DNA of 64,000 nucleotides from a virus, in IMG/VR virus record IMGVR_UViG_3300042197_002762, positions 32,001 through 96,000 of that record, one strand, 5' to 3'. The notes under the pieces were generated by a model. It did not search any database and was not told the origin of the DNA. It saw only the letters and a list, made by a program, of their open reading frames with translations. A program made the position numbers and the translations under genes. Shown here one piece after another: positions 25,521 through 36,100 of this stretch (the first letter of the stretch is position 1; each line of letters begins with the position of its first letter).

Positions 25521-26645
25521 ATGAAAATTCAATTTGATAAAAACCCAGAGCAAATCGAGCTTATCAAAGCTCTTGCTTCAGATAACAAAACTGTAGCTAT
25601 GGAAGCCCAAGACGCTTTCGCAGCTTTCATCAGTGAAGTTATCCAGCAAGTTCTTTTACAAGCTGGTTCCGCTCCTATGATTTACAGAGACGTAGAATTT
25701 GATGAAGATGATTCACCTTCGATTCCTCTTGATCTTTACTATGGTCTTAATGAAGGGCACATCAGCGTATGGAGCCAAACTGTTGGTGGCGGATTGCCAA
25801 CCAATTTCGTACAAGGTATGCAAGAAATGAAAATCAACACCTATCGTCTTGATAGTGCGATTTCCATGGACAAGCGCTATGTACGTAGAGCACGCTTAGA
25901 CGTTGTTGCTGCTGGTTTAGAACGTATGGCCAATGAAATTCTTATTAAACAAGAACGTAATGCTTGGGCTGTTATTCTTAAGCTTTTAGCTGACGCTACA
26001 ACTAATGGTAGTAAACATGTTTTCCGTACCGGAACAGCTGGAACTTTCCAACTCGACGACATGAACAAATTATGGACATTGGTTCGTAGATTAAACACTG
26101 CTTACACAGGTGGAACTCCACAAGGTTTACAAAGCCGTGGATTAACAGACATCTTCGTAAGTCCAGAAATCAAAGAACAAATTCGTGCATTCGCTTATCA
26201 GCCAATGAATACACGCGCCGGAACAGTTGCTACAAGTGGTGCTACCGCAGTACCTCTTCCTGACAGCATCCGTGAAGATATCTATCGTGCCGCTGGTACG
26301 AACGAAATCTTCGGCGTAACAATTCATGAATTGCTCGAACTCGGTGAAGGCCGTAAATACAATGACTTGTTCGATACCTTTGCTGGTTCGACACAATTCA
26401 ATACTTATGGTCAAGCTGGTGGAACAACTTTCACAAGCGCAACCGATGAATTAATTCTTGGTATTGATGCTAGCCGTAACGCTTTCTTGCGCCCAGTCGC
26501 AATTCAAAGCGAAAGCCGTGGTCAAGTCAAGGTTCTTCCTGACGATCAATTCTTGGCTCGTAGCCAAAAAGTTGGTTTCTACAGTTTCGTAGAAGAAGGC
26601 CGCGTAGCCGTTGACGCTCGTGCAGCTGTTGGTTTAATTGTATAA
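25521..26645 (+). CDS. Major capsid protein (HK97 fold)
   Basis: 374 aa; position; strongly biased codons (CGT, TTC, GCT); followed by a strong terminator. Confidence 0.85.
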   Translation: MKIQFDKNPEQIELIKALASDNKTVAMEAQDAFAAFISEVIQQVLLQAGSAPMIYRDVEFDEDDSPSIPLDLYYGLNEGHISVWSQTVGGGLPTNFVQGMQEMKINTYRLDSAISMDKRYVRRARLDVVAAGLERMANEILIKQERNAWAVILKLLADATTNGSKHVFRTGTAGTFQLDDMNKLWTLVRRLNTAYTGGTPQGLQSRGLTDIFVSPEIKEQIRAFAYQPMNTRAGTVATSGATAVPLPDSIREDIYRAAGTNEIFGVTIHELLELGEGRKYNDLFDTFAGSTQFNTYGQAGGTTFTSATDELILGIDASRNAFLRPVAIQSESRGQVKVLPDDQFLARSQKVGFYSFVEEGRVAVDARAAVGLIV

Positions 26646-26669
26646 TTAAACTTAATAGTTTAAAAATTA

Positions 26670-26699
26670 AGGGCCACCCGCAAGGGTGGCTCTTTTTTT
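26670..26699 (+). terminator. Intrinsic terminator
   Basis: GGGCCACCC-GCAA-GGGTGGCTC followed by T7. Confidence 0.9.
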
Positions 26700-26728
26700 G
26701 TAAAAAAATTAGATTATTTTTATATTAA

Positions 26729-26734
26729 ATGTAA
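26729..26734 (+). promoter_or_regulatory. RTGTAA putative late promoter element
   Basis: ATGTAA 11 nt before the ATG at 26746, right after a terminator. Confidence 0.5.
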
Positions 26735-26745
26735 TAATATTTAAG

Positions 26746-27123
26746 ATGAATACTCAAGTTAAAAAGAAAAGGGGTCGCCCATCCAAAAAAGATATGCTTC
26801 AAATTCATGGAAAAGAAGAAAAAACTGTTAAACAACCATCTTCTTTAGATGAAATTTTAGGCGAAACTCTTTCAATATACACAGCTACAAGTTCCGAACA
26901 ATATCGTGGACAATTGGCTGAAATGAACATGACGGACTTACAGTCTCATGCTTACAAAATCGGTCTTATGCCAACACCAGATCGTAAAGTTCTTACGGAT
27001 CGTTTAGTTCAAGAATTCATTAAATGGAATTCAAGATATGGAAGTAATGTTATTGAAGGTGATATCAAATCTATTGATGACTTAGATGCTAGAGCCCGAA
27101 AGATCTTAAGAGAAGGCGCTTAA
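26746..27123 (+). CDS. Hypothetical protein with an AT-hook-like KKRGRPSK motif
   Basis: ORF track; basic N-terminus. Confidence 0.7.
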   Translation: MNTQVKKKRGRPSKKDMLQIHGKEEKTVKQPSSLDEILGETLSIYTATSSEQYRGQLAEMNMTDLQSHAYKIGLMPTPDRKVLTDRLVQEFIKWNSRYGSNVIEGDIKSIDDLDARARKILREGA

Positions 27124-27128
27124 TTCTT

Positions 27129-27134
27129 GTGTAA
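27129..27134 (+). promoter_or_regulatory. RTGTAA putative late promoter element
   Basis: GTGTAA 8 nt before the GTG at 27143. Confidence 0.5.
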
Positions 27135-27142
27135 AATAATAT

Positions 27143-27676
27143 GTGAACTGTACATATTCTTTTTCTCAATTTATAAATAGCGTATATAACGATTTAGGTA
27201 ATCCTGTGTCTTATCCATCAAGTCGTTTATCTGGATGGTTTTTAGATAGCTCAAATGCGGGAAAATTAAATAACTTAATTGGTACGCACATTTCTGGGGT
27301 TTGTTTTCAAAATTCTTCTGGAACAATTACTGGTTATGGTTTAATGCCAGAACCATCTTCTGATCAATATTCTATTTATAAGATGATATTCGACTGTGAA
27401 TATTTTAAAAGTGAAGCAAGATCTGTAGCGGCTAGATCTATAACTGTTGGAAATGACTGGACAGATTTAAAAGAGGGAGACAGTACTATTAAAAAAATTA
27501 ATAAGAATGAAATATCGAAGAACTTACGAGGGTTAGCTCAAGATTGTAAAGCTGAATTAGATAAAGCCGTAAAAATGTATCTTAAATATAATGCAATTCC
27601 TGATCAAGTTGTTGGAGATGATACGCAAGGCGTGTCTCATTATATAATTCAAGAATATCAAAGAACCCTAAATTAA
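27143..27676 (+). CDS. Head-tail adaptor (putative)
   Basis: Position after the MCP; helical; GTG start. Confidence 0.55.
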   Translation: MNCTYSFSQFINSVYNDLGNPVSYPSSRLSGWFLDSSNAGKLNNLIGTHISGVCFQNSSGTITGYGLMPEPSSDQYSIYKMIFDCEYFKSEARSVAARSITVGNDWTDLKEGDSTIKKINKNEISKNLRGLAQDCKAELDKAVKMYLKYNAIPDQVVGDDTQGVSHYIIQEYQRTLN

Positions 27677-27677
27677 T

Positions 27678-28109
27678 ATGCCAAGTCTTGTATCAAATGA
27701 AGAAAAATTAGCATGGGGAAATGAATTTAATAATATTCATGATACATTCGCGCGGCCAGTTACTGCTTGGAAAACTCCAGAACGTGTAGTTGTGTCTAGC
27801 GATCCAAATTATAATTTTTTATATAATGATCAGGAATCTATAGAGGTAACCTATATTCCTATTAGTGGTACTTTTGATTGTCGTATACAATGGAAAGACC
27901 CATCTAAAATGATGGGCTGGCCAGAAATTCGTGAAGAAGTGCGTGGTAATATTTGTAGAATAAAAGCTAAAAAAGATTTTGTAGATTTTATTAGTGATGC
28001 TGAAAAAATTGAGATTGACGGTCGTCCAGTCCAAGCCCTTGGCACTAACAGGCCACACGGACTTTTTAATATAGATTTTTATACTATGTTTTTTAAGGAG
28101 AGCGAATAA
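27678..28109 (+). CDS. Head closure/joining protein (putative)
   Basis: Position; small beta-barrel-like pattern (KIEIDGRP). Confidence 0.55.
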   Translation: MPSLVSNEEKLAWGNEFNNIHDTFARPVTAWKTPERVVVSSDPNYNFLYNDQESIEVTYIPISGTFDCRIQWKDPSKMMGWPEIREEVRGNICRIKAKKDFVDFISDAEKIEIDGRPVQALGTNRPHGLFNIDFYTMFFKESE

Positions 28110-28690
28110 TGGCTGGCACAATAAATAAAAAATTAATAGATAAAGAAATTTTTAACAGTCGTGCTGTCAAAAAAATGGTTCGAGATATGGTAAAAGTAGA
28201 AGTTGAAAAAGAGAAAGCTTTATTTCGCTCAGAATTTGAGTCACACCCAGTAACACAAGAAATTGAAGGTGGGGAAAGTGCTTCTAATATTTCTGGTACT
28301 CTTGGTGGTTATGGAAATCTATTTTCTTTTTTAGGCTTTAATAGAGGCGCAAACCCAACGACTCCTGTTAAAATTTTAATTAAAAAAATCTTACTAGATC
28401 GTAAAGTGCAAAGTACTAAAAATGGTTTTAAAATAAATGTGAATGTTCCATCTAAAGATGAATTCGGCGCGGTGGCACGATTGCCTTGGGAAGGCGGTCG
28501 GAGTTGGTTATTAGATATGGAACGGGGCATATCAGGTTTAGGTTCCTTTTTATATGGACGTTTTGAAGCTTCACGCTCTGGCGGCGGTATACAAAGTAAA
28601 TATAAATATTCTAATCGCGTATTTCGTCCTGTAAAATATTTTAGCCAAATGTATGTAAAATTTCTTAAAAGATTGTCATCAATAAAATGA
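28109..28690 (+). CDS. Neck/tail completion protein (putative)
   Basis: Position in the neck module. Confidence 0.5.
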   Translation: MAGTINKKLIDKEIFNSRAVKKMVRDMVKVEVEKEKALFRSEFESHPVTQEIEGGESASNISGTLGGYGNLFSFLGFNRGANPTTPVKILIKKILLDRKVQSTKNGFKINVNVPSKDEFGAVARLPWEGGRSWLLDMERGISGLGSFLYGRFEASRSGGGIQSKYKYSNRVFRPVKYFSQMYVKFLKRLSSIK

Positions 28691-29850
28691 AAGCAACTTA
28701 CATAACAAATTTAATGTCAAGTTTTTATTTATGGTTAGACCATGAAATTTTAACTCGTGGAGAAGCTTTTATAAATTATAGTGGTAAACTATATAACTCT
28801 CCAGATCCGAATTTTCCAACAAATTCAGTTTATAGCGCGCCATTTCGTCAATGGGTATATGATAGTAGCGTTCCAAATGCCAATATTCCTTCTGGAGTTT
28901 TTGTGAATGGAAATTATCTCAATCGTGGGACAAGTGGTTTAAATATTGATTTTAATAAGGGGCGCGTGATTTTAAATAGCGGTATTAATTCTAATAATAT
29001 TACAACCAGTTATAGTTTAAAAGAATATAATATATATTATACGGATGAACGTGAAGAAAAATTACTTTTCGAAAAAGCTTATAATGTTACTCCTAAAGTA
29101 ACACAAGTAACTGGGGGTTTAGGTTATTTAGATACCCCATATCCATGTATATTTATCAAACATCGTATGGGAGAAAATATCCCATTCGCTTTTGGTGGTG
29201 AAGAGTCTACAGAGACAATGATTCGCTGTATAGTATTAGCATCGAATAGTTTTTCATTAGATGGTCTTATTTCTATTTTAAGTGATAGTGCCAGAAAAGT
29301 TTTTCCTGTATTTAGTTCTGAAGATTTTCCGTTTAATTATTTTGGAGATTTTAAATTAAGTAATAATTTTAATTATTCTAATTTATGTAAAAATCAACAA
29401 TCAAATAGTCTTGTATATATTGATCGCGTCACAGTTTCAAAATTAGATGAGATTGATAATGCGAAAATTAATAAAAAATGTGTGGCCGCTATTGTGGATT
29501 TTGAATTGTCAGATTTAAGATTCCCAAGAATTTATGATCAGGTTTCTGAACAAGTTTCTCCAGGTTTACTTTCAAGTGTTAATGTTCAAAATGGGGGCTG
29601 GGGTAATTTAAATGGAACGTTTAATTATACCACTTTATTTCAAGGCAAGCCTTATTATAATAAGGATGGTGTTAGTAGTTGGTTTATAGCGTGGTTTGAA
29701 AACCAATGGAATATTTTTGATTTTTCAGAAAATGGTCTAGATGCGATTTATTGGAGTCCAGAAGATGTGCTATATCCATGGATGGTAAAAACTTGGTTTA
29801 CGATTAATAGCGCTTATTTACCAGTTCCTAAAGTAAATCAAATTATTTAA
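28687..29850 (+). CDS. Tail terminator-like protein with a C-terminal accessory domain
   Basis: Immediately upstream of the tube gene; Trp-rich extension after DLRFPR. Confidence 0.5.
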   Translation: MKATYITNLMSSFYLWLDHEILTRGEAFINYSGKLYNSPDPNFPTNSVYSAPFRQWVYDSSVPNANIPSGVFVNGNYLNRGTSGLNIDFNKGRVILNSGINSNNITTSYSLKEYNIYYTDEREEKLLFEKAYNVTPKVTQVTGGLGYLDTPYPCIFIKHRMGENIPFAFGGEESTETMIRCIVLASNSFSLDGLISILSDSARKVFPVFSSEDFPFNYFGDFKLSNNFNYSNLCKNQQSNSLVYIDRVTVSKLDEIDNAKINKKCVAAIVDFELSDLRFPRIYDQVSEQVSPGLLSSVNVQNGGWGNLNGTFNYTTLFQGKPYYNKDGVSSWFIAWFENQWNIFDFSENGLDAIYWSPEDVLYPWMVKTWFTINSAYLPVPKVNQII

Positions 29851-29886
29851 TAATTAAATTTATAGAGTGTCTTTAATAAAAATGTA

Positions 29887-29892
29887 ATGTAA
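29887..29892 (+). promoter_or_regulatory. RTGTAA putative late promoter element (tandem ATGTAATGTAA)
   Basis: 8 nt before the tube ATG at 29901. Confidence 0.5.
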
Positions 29893-29900
29893 TTATAAGT

Positions 29901-31007
29901 ATGGCAAGAAATAGAACAATTTACCAAGTATTAGCTCTTTATGCAAGTCAAGTTACAGCCGTAACAGGAATGCAAACAGGAGTAAATGATGTCAAACAGC
30001 TCTCTCGTGTTCAAAATTTTGATGAAGATTTTACACGTAACTTCACGGACGTTAACCAATTCGGTAACTTAGCCGCTATTGACCGTATCGAAACTGAAAA
30101 TCCAGATGTTACAGCCAGTTTTTCTTATTATGTTACAAATGGTCAAAATGAAAAATTCTTAGGTTTAAATGTTTATCCAAGTGGTACAGCTGAAGCCAAT
30201 TTACGTTCTTGTATTTCCGGATTGCTTACAAAAGCGACTGATGAAAAAAATTACTACCTCTTAATTGCTGACGAAGGTAATGATGCTGCTGGATATGCTG
30301 GGGCAACTACTGGCGTCATTGGAGTTGGAAATGGATTCTTAACATCTTATAGCGTAAACGCTGCTGTGGGTGAAATTGCAACCGCAGAAATTGAGGTTGA
30401 AGGTTTGAATATTCGTGTGTACGGAAACGCAACTGGAACCCCAGTAATCCCAGCTGTTAACCCAGTTGATGGATCAAATGTTACTGGTAGTTTCTTTAAG
30501 CTTCCACAAGCTACAGCTATTACAGGTGCTGGAATTCCAACGGCCTTACAACCTGGAGATATCGTATTCAATCTTCCAGCCGATAGCACAATTGGTTTTA
30601 CAGAAACAGACTTGAAAGTTCAAGATTTTACTCTTTCTTTCGATCTTGCCCGTACTCCTTTACAAAAACTTGGTAACCGTTTTGCGTTCTCTCGTGAAAT
30701 TGATTTTCCAGTTACAGCTACGTTAGAAGTTAATGCTGAAGTCGGTGATCTTAAAGATGGCAACTTATCTGATATCCTTTGTAGCGAAACTCTTAAAAAC
30801 TTCTCGATCTTGATGAAAGAGCCTGGTTGTGGAGCAACAAAGCCCACAGCAATTGCATATGTTTTTAAAGGCGCAAAACTAGTTTCACAAAGCTTCTCAA
30901 GTGCTATCGGTGATAATGCTACAATGACAGCCACCTATGAAGTTCAATTATCTGGCCCACAAGACACAGAAAAAGGTATCTTCATTTCTGGTAGTATTTT
31001 ATCATAA
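29901..31007 (+). CDS. Major tail tube protein
   Basis: Beta-rich, highly expressed codon bias, followed by a terminator, upstream of chaperones and TMP. Confidence 0.8.
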   Translation: MARNRTIYQVLALYASQVTAVTGMQTGVNDVKQLSRVQNFDEDFTRNFTDVNQFGNLAAIDRIETENPDVTASFSYYVTNGQNEKFLGLNVYPSGTAEANLRSCISGLLTKATDEKNYYLLIADEGNDAAGYAGATTGVIGVGNGFLTSYSVNAAVGEIATAEIEVEGLNIRVYGNATGTPVIPAVNPVDGSNVTGSFFKLPQATAITGAGIPTALQPGDIVFNLPADSTIGFTETDLKVQDFTLSFDLARTPLQKLGNRFAFSREIDFPVTATLEVNAEVGDLKDGNLSDILCSETLKNFSILMKEPGCGATKPTAIAYVFKGAKLVSQSFSSAIGDNATMTATYEVQLSGPQDTEKGIFISGSILS

Positions 31008-31030
31008 GTTAAATTATTCATAAAAAAATT

Positions 31031-31060
31031 AATGGGCACTTTCGGGTGCCCATTTTTTTT
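31031..31060 (+). terminator. Intrinsic terminator
   Basis: AATGGGCACT-TTCG-GGTGCCCATT followed by a T tract. Confidence 0.9.
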
Positions 31061-31065
31061 GTTTG

Positions 31066-31071
31066 GTGTAA
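31066..31071 (+). promoter_or_regulatory. RTGTAA putative late promoter element
   Basis: GTGTAA right after the terminator, 28 nt before the ATG at 31100. Confidence 0.55.
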
Positions 31072-31099
31072 TTGTTTGTAGGTAAAAGGTTTGTAAAGG

Positions 31100-31324
31100 A
31101 TGAATATTGATTTAAATGATCTAGTTAAAGGTTTCGTCTATAGAGACGTTAAAAAATTATATTTAAGTTTTTTATATTCTTTAGAAGATCTTAAAAGCCA
31201 AGATAAAATCAGTGATGATGAATTCCAGAGAATGCGTAAACGTGTTCTTGATTATGGAAATAATTGTTACAGAAATATAGAAGAAGAATTAGATAATTTT
31301 GATTTTAAACTAAAAGAAAAATAA
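31100..31324 (+). CDS. Small hypothetical protein
   Basis: ORF track, AAAGG upstream. Confidence 0.75.
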   Translation: MNIDLNDLVKGFVYRDVKKLYLSFLYSLEDLKSQDKISDDEFQRMRKRVLDYGNNCYRNIEEELDNFDFKLKEK

Positions 31325-31333
31325 TATAAATAT

Positions 31334-32128
31334 ATGAATAAATGGTTATACGAATTTGATGCAAAGAATATTATAAAAAAAGATGATGGTTCACAAGAAA
31401 CTATTATTAAGAAGTTTGCATTATTAAAACCAAATCGTCGTCTGCGCGAAGATGGCGAACTTTTTTACGCCGCTGAAACATCGCGTTTTGCCAAAGCTGG
31501 CGTTTTACCAAAAGCTGCATGGGGAACAATTCTTTCAAACGGTGGTGGTAGTATTAGTGATCAGGAACGTGAAGAATATGGTAAGTTACTTTTGAAATTC
31601 CGTGATTTATCTTTTGAATTACAAACTATTTTAATTAAAGGTGAAGGTGAAAGAACTGAAGCCGAAAAACTTCGTTCAGAAGAATTAATTAATAATCTCG
31701 AAGATATACGTAAAGATATTCAAAATTTTGAAGCTTCACAAATTTCTATTTTTGAAAATACGGCTGAAGCAAAAGCTCGTAATCGTACAATTCTTTGGTG
31801 GGTTATGAATCTTTCTTACGAAAAAGACGGGGAAAATTATAAACCAATTTTTAAAGGAGAAAACTTCGAAGAAAAACTTCTTGAATATGATGGTTTCGAA
31901 GAAGATGAAAATAAATACGAATTTTTATTATCAGTAATTAGAAGAGTAATGTATTTAACTACACTTTGGTTTTTAGGGCGTGTAGATTCCGCAGACGATT
32001 TTAAATTATACGATGATAATTTCTTAAAAGAAAACAAGTCAGATCCAGAAACGAAAGAAGAGCCTAAAAAAGAGACGGAAAATCAAGAGAAAAACGTTTC
32101 AGTTATTGAAGAAATAAAGCCAGAATAA
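31334..32128 (+). CDS. Tail assembly chaperone (putative)
   Basis: Helical protein between tube and TMP. Confidence 0.6.
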   Translation: MNKWLYEFDAKNIIKKDDGSQETIIKKFALLKPNRRLREDGELFYAAETSRFAKAGVLPKAAWGTILSNGGGSISDQEREEYGKLLLKFRDLSFELQTILIKGEGERTEAEKLRSEELINNLEDIRKDIQNFEASQISIFENTAEAKARNRTILWWVMNLSYEKDGENYKPIFKGENFEEKLLEYDGFEEDENKYEFLLSVIRRVMYLTTLWFLGRVDSADDFKLYDDNFLKENKSDPETKEEPKKETENQEKNVSVIEEIKPE

Positions 32129-32129
32129 T

Positions 32130-33152
32130 GTGGAAAAACACTCTGAATATGGTAGGTTGTATAGTGAAATATGTAGGGGGTTTTCACAATCTTTAATTAG
32201 TAAACGCTCTGTCTATTTTAAACATCCTACTTTAGCAGAACATTTTTCAATATATTCTAGTTACGATATATTTTTAAAAGAAGGTAAGAATAAAGGTTTA
32301 TACTCAGAATCAGAAAAAATCGAAGAAGCTATTAATAATGGTTGGTGGTCATCAGAAAATGAGTCAAAAATAAATTTTCTCAAAAAGACTGTACAAAATT
32401 TATTTAAAACAAAAGATAAATTATTATACCCTTCTCAAAAAGTAGAAGTAGAAAAACAAATTAAACAAAACGAGTCTATTCTTATTACGTATACAAAAGA
32501 ACGTAGAGAAATAGTTGGTTATACTTTGGAAGATTATGCTAGTAGTAAAATGACCGAAGAATTACTGATTTTTTTTACTTATGAAAATCAGGATTTTACC
32601 AAAAGACTATTTGAGAGTAGGGAAGAATATTATGATTTAAATGACGAGCGTTTAAAAAATATTAAAAATGCTTTTGATACGTACTCAGAAGTATTTAGCC
32701 ATGATAATATTAAAAAAGTTGCCGCCACTGGGTTTTTTCAAAATCTTGTATATTTAAACGATGATGCCCATGGGTTCTGGGGTAAAGCCACAACTAACTG
32801 TACAAAATATCAAATAGATCTTCTATTGTACGGTAAAATGTATAAAAATATTATTAAAAATTATAACGAATCTGGTAAGTCTGTACCAGATGATGTGTTA
32901 AATGATGCTGAGAAACTTGTAATGTGGATTGACAATCAATCAAAAGATACTTCTATTAAATCCAAAAATAGAAAAAATAAATCTGGAGGTTCTAATCTTG
33001 TCACAAGCCCGGTTGGGGCCACAAAAGAAGACTTAGATAAAATTGGCGTTAAAGTTGAAAAATTACACGGTAAAAGTTTATTACAACTAGCAGAAGAGAA
33101 AGGTGGGGTACTCGAAAAATCAGAATATTTCAAAGCGCGCGAAAATAATTAA
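32130..33152 (+). CDS. Tail assembly chaperone 2 (putative)
   Basis: Helical protein directly upstream of the TMP. Confidence 0.55.
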   Translation: MEKHSEYGRLYSEICRGFSQSLISKRSVYFKHPTLAEHFSIYSSYDIFLKEGKNKGLYSESEKIEEAINNGWWSSENESKINFLKKTVQNLFKTKDKLLYPSQKVEVEKQIKQNESILITYTKERREIVGYTLEDYASSKMTEELLIFFTYENQDFTKRLFESREEYYDLNDERLKNIKNAFDTYSEVFSHDNIKKVAATGFFQNLVYLNDDAHGFWGKATTNCTKYQIDLLLYGKMYKNIIKNYNESGKSVPDDVLNDAEKLVMWIDNQSKDTSIKSKNRKNKSGGSNLVTSPVGATKEDLDKIGVKVEKLHGKSLLQLAEEKGGVLEKSEYFKARENN

Positions 33153-33155
33153 AAT

Positions 33156-33161
33156 GTGTAA
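33156..33161 (+). promoter_or_regulatory. RTGTAA putative late promoter element
   Basis: GTGTAA 30 nt before the TMP ATG. Confidence 0.5.
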
Positions 33162-33191
33162 TTAATTGTATACAAAGGATTAAGGAATACA

Positions 33192-36100
33192 ATGGCTGCT
33201 ATTACATTAGATATTGGTGGAAATACTAGGCGTTTAGACAGAGATATACAAAAGACTGTCAATAAGGTCTATAATATTAATTTAAAGACTAAGGGTGACC
33301 AACCACTTGGACGTATTACTGGACAAGTCAATGAATTTAATAAGTCGTTAGATGCTTCTAATGCTCGTGTTATTGCATTCGGTGCTAGTGCTGGTATTAT
33401 ATTTGGAGTTGAGAGAGCTTTTACTGCTTTGTTAACTTCTGTTGTAGAAGTTCAAAAATCTCTACAAGATATTAATGTTATTCTGAATGTTTCATCAAAA
33501 GAATTGCAAAAATTCGGTGGAGAATTATTCAATATTGCAAAAAATACTGGGCAAACTTTTCAAGCAGTTGCGGAAGCTGCTACAGAATTTTCTCGTCAAG
33601 GTTTGGGTTTAGAAGAAACTTTAAAAAGAACAAGTGAGGCTTTAATTCTTTCTCGTTTAAGTGGGTTGGACACCGTAAAAAGTGTTGAAGCTCTTACTGC
33701 TGCCGTAAACTCATTTGCAAGTCAAGCTGTTAGTGCCACAGAAGTCGTTAATAAGTTTGCGACCGTTGATGCTGCTTTTGCTGTTAGTTCCGCAGATCTT
33801 GCTGATGCCGTTGCGCGTGTAGGTAGTAGCGCGGCACAATCTGGGGTTTCATTAAACGAACTTATTGCGATTGTCACATCAGCACAGCAAACAACTGCTC
33901 GTGGTGGTGCGGTTATTGGTAACTCATTTAAAACAATTTTCACAAGATTACAAAGAACTAAAGTAGTAAGCTTATTAGAAAGTCTTGGAGTGGAAACGGT
34001 TGGAGCTGGAGGCCAAGTTAAGTCAACAATTCAATTATTACAAGACTTAGGCACTGTATATGATACCTTGGGAGCGCAACAACAAGCATATGTAGCTGAA
34101 CAGGTCGGTGGTGTTTTCCAGATTAACATTTTAAAAGCTGCTTTAGCTGACTTAGGTAAAGAATATTCTATTTATAATAATGCTCTTAATGTTTCCGCTA
34201 GCGCTACGGATCAAGCAGTTAGAAGAAATGAAGAATTAAATAAAACTTATGCTGCACAATTAAATGCCCTTCAAGAAAATGCAAGACAATTAGCAGCAGT
34301 TGGTGGTGAAAGATTATTTGGGCCATCCATTGATAGACTTGTTGGTGGAACAAATCAATTGTTATCTGGATTTAATGAAAGTGACGCTCAGGGGTTTGGC
34401 GTTACCCTTGGTCGGGGTATATTAGATGGTTTAGGTCAATTTATTGCTGGACCAGGTCTTGTGTTAATTGGAGGCGTTCTTCTTAAATTATTTAAAGATT
34501 TAGCCAATTTTGCTACTGGTAGCGTCAAACAACTTTTAGGATTAAATACTGCTTCTGCTCAACAACGTGATTTACAAGCAAGTATATCTCAAATTTTATC
34601 AAAAAATCCCCAATTAATAGATCTCGCCCTACAAGGGCAAAAAGGATTAAATACTGTTGCAAATCAATTGCTCACAAGTTTACAACAGCAAACCGTTGAA
34701 TTACAAAAACAAGCTGCTTTAGCTTCTCAACTTTCTAAAGCTTTTATTGGTGCAGGAGTTCGTATTAGTGGCGGAATTCCAGTCGCACCGACTCCAGGAA
34801 GACCTGGAAAAGCTGCTGGTTATATTCCTAATTTTGCTTCGCCTCAAAATAAAATAGCAGAAACTATTGGGGCTTATCAGGCTGGTTACGAACCAGGAAG
34901 AATTTTTAATAAAAGACTGTACGATGGACAGGGAGGTTCGTTTTTAGCGACAGTAAATAGTGCGGAATCTTTTGATACAGTTGTTGGCCCTAATGGGAAC
35001 AAGGGCACATTTGTTACGCCACCAAATGGTTTTGCCGCAAAAGGTTTTGTACCAAATTTTGCAAAATCAATTAAGACAGACGATTCATCAAAGATATTTG
35101 GCGCTGGACGTGTTTTTGAAAATGCGGTAGGATTAGCAGCTGGTCTTCAAAAAGAATATTTTGAAGATAATTTTATATTAGATTATGAACCAAATGTCTG
35201 GGCTGGAAAACAAGATATTAAAAAGATTTTAGGTATTAATCAGCGTACTAATTACGGAGATGCAAAATTAAGCGCTCAGGGTAACAATTTAACAAGTTAT
35301 CTTTCAAAAGTAATTCGATATGATAGTGGATTACGTGGAGTTCAAAAAGTAGGTAATATTAAAGATTTTAATCAAAAATTTGGCTTAAGAAAAAAAATTG
35401 ATATTAGTAAACGTGGCCCTAATAATATTAATTTATCACAACCGGGTGGTGGAGCTGTTATTATACCTGGAAATAAAAAAGGTGATGGATCAAAAGATCG
35501 TACAGTAAATATTAAAGCACGTTTAAGTGAATTAAAAAAAGTAAATAGTTCCATTGCAAATGTTTTTGCGAATCCAAATAATAAATATGGCATAGACCCA
35601 AAAAGTAAATCAGACCCCATCTTTTCTTTAAAAAATGTTTTGATTGATACTACAGAGGTATTAAGAAGTGGTACTTTTGGGGCACAAGGAAAAGAAGAAA
35701 GAGAAAGAAAAGCTAGAAATATTGCTTCTAGATTTACGTCAAAAAGTTTTGCTTCTGGTTTCATCCCAAATTTTGCACAAACACCAACACAATCTAATAA
35801 AGTAGTAGAACTCGGTGATACTACAACTAATCCACTTTTTAGAGGTAAGGTTTCATCTTTAATTTATCCACAGGTTTCAGAAAACAAGTCAAAAGCCCAA
35901 GGTGAAACAACATACTTAGGCAAAAAATATAGAGGGCTAGTTTCGATAGCTGGTATTAATAAAAAAGCCCTTAAAGGTGAGATACCTGATTTAGAAGCAA
36001 ATTTAGATCAGCTTTTACTCCGTGAAGCGAATGAATTTGGCCGCGCAATTGGTGGTACAGAATTTTTACAATCAGCATCAGAGCTTCCAAATATTGGCGC

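Noticed and set aside
27141-27146. ATGTGA mini-ORF or indel at the GTG start (similar ATGTGG at 32128)
   Set aside because: Most simply GTG starts at the usual spacing; an error cannot be shown without reads
32040-32135. Programmed -1 frameshift between the tail chaperones (lambda G/GT type)
   Set aside because: The second ORF is in the +1 frame, that frame has a stop at 32115, and there is no in-frame XXXYYYZ heptamer
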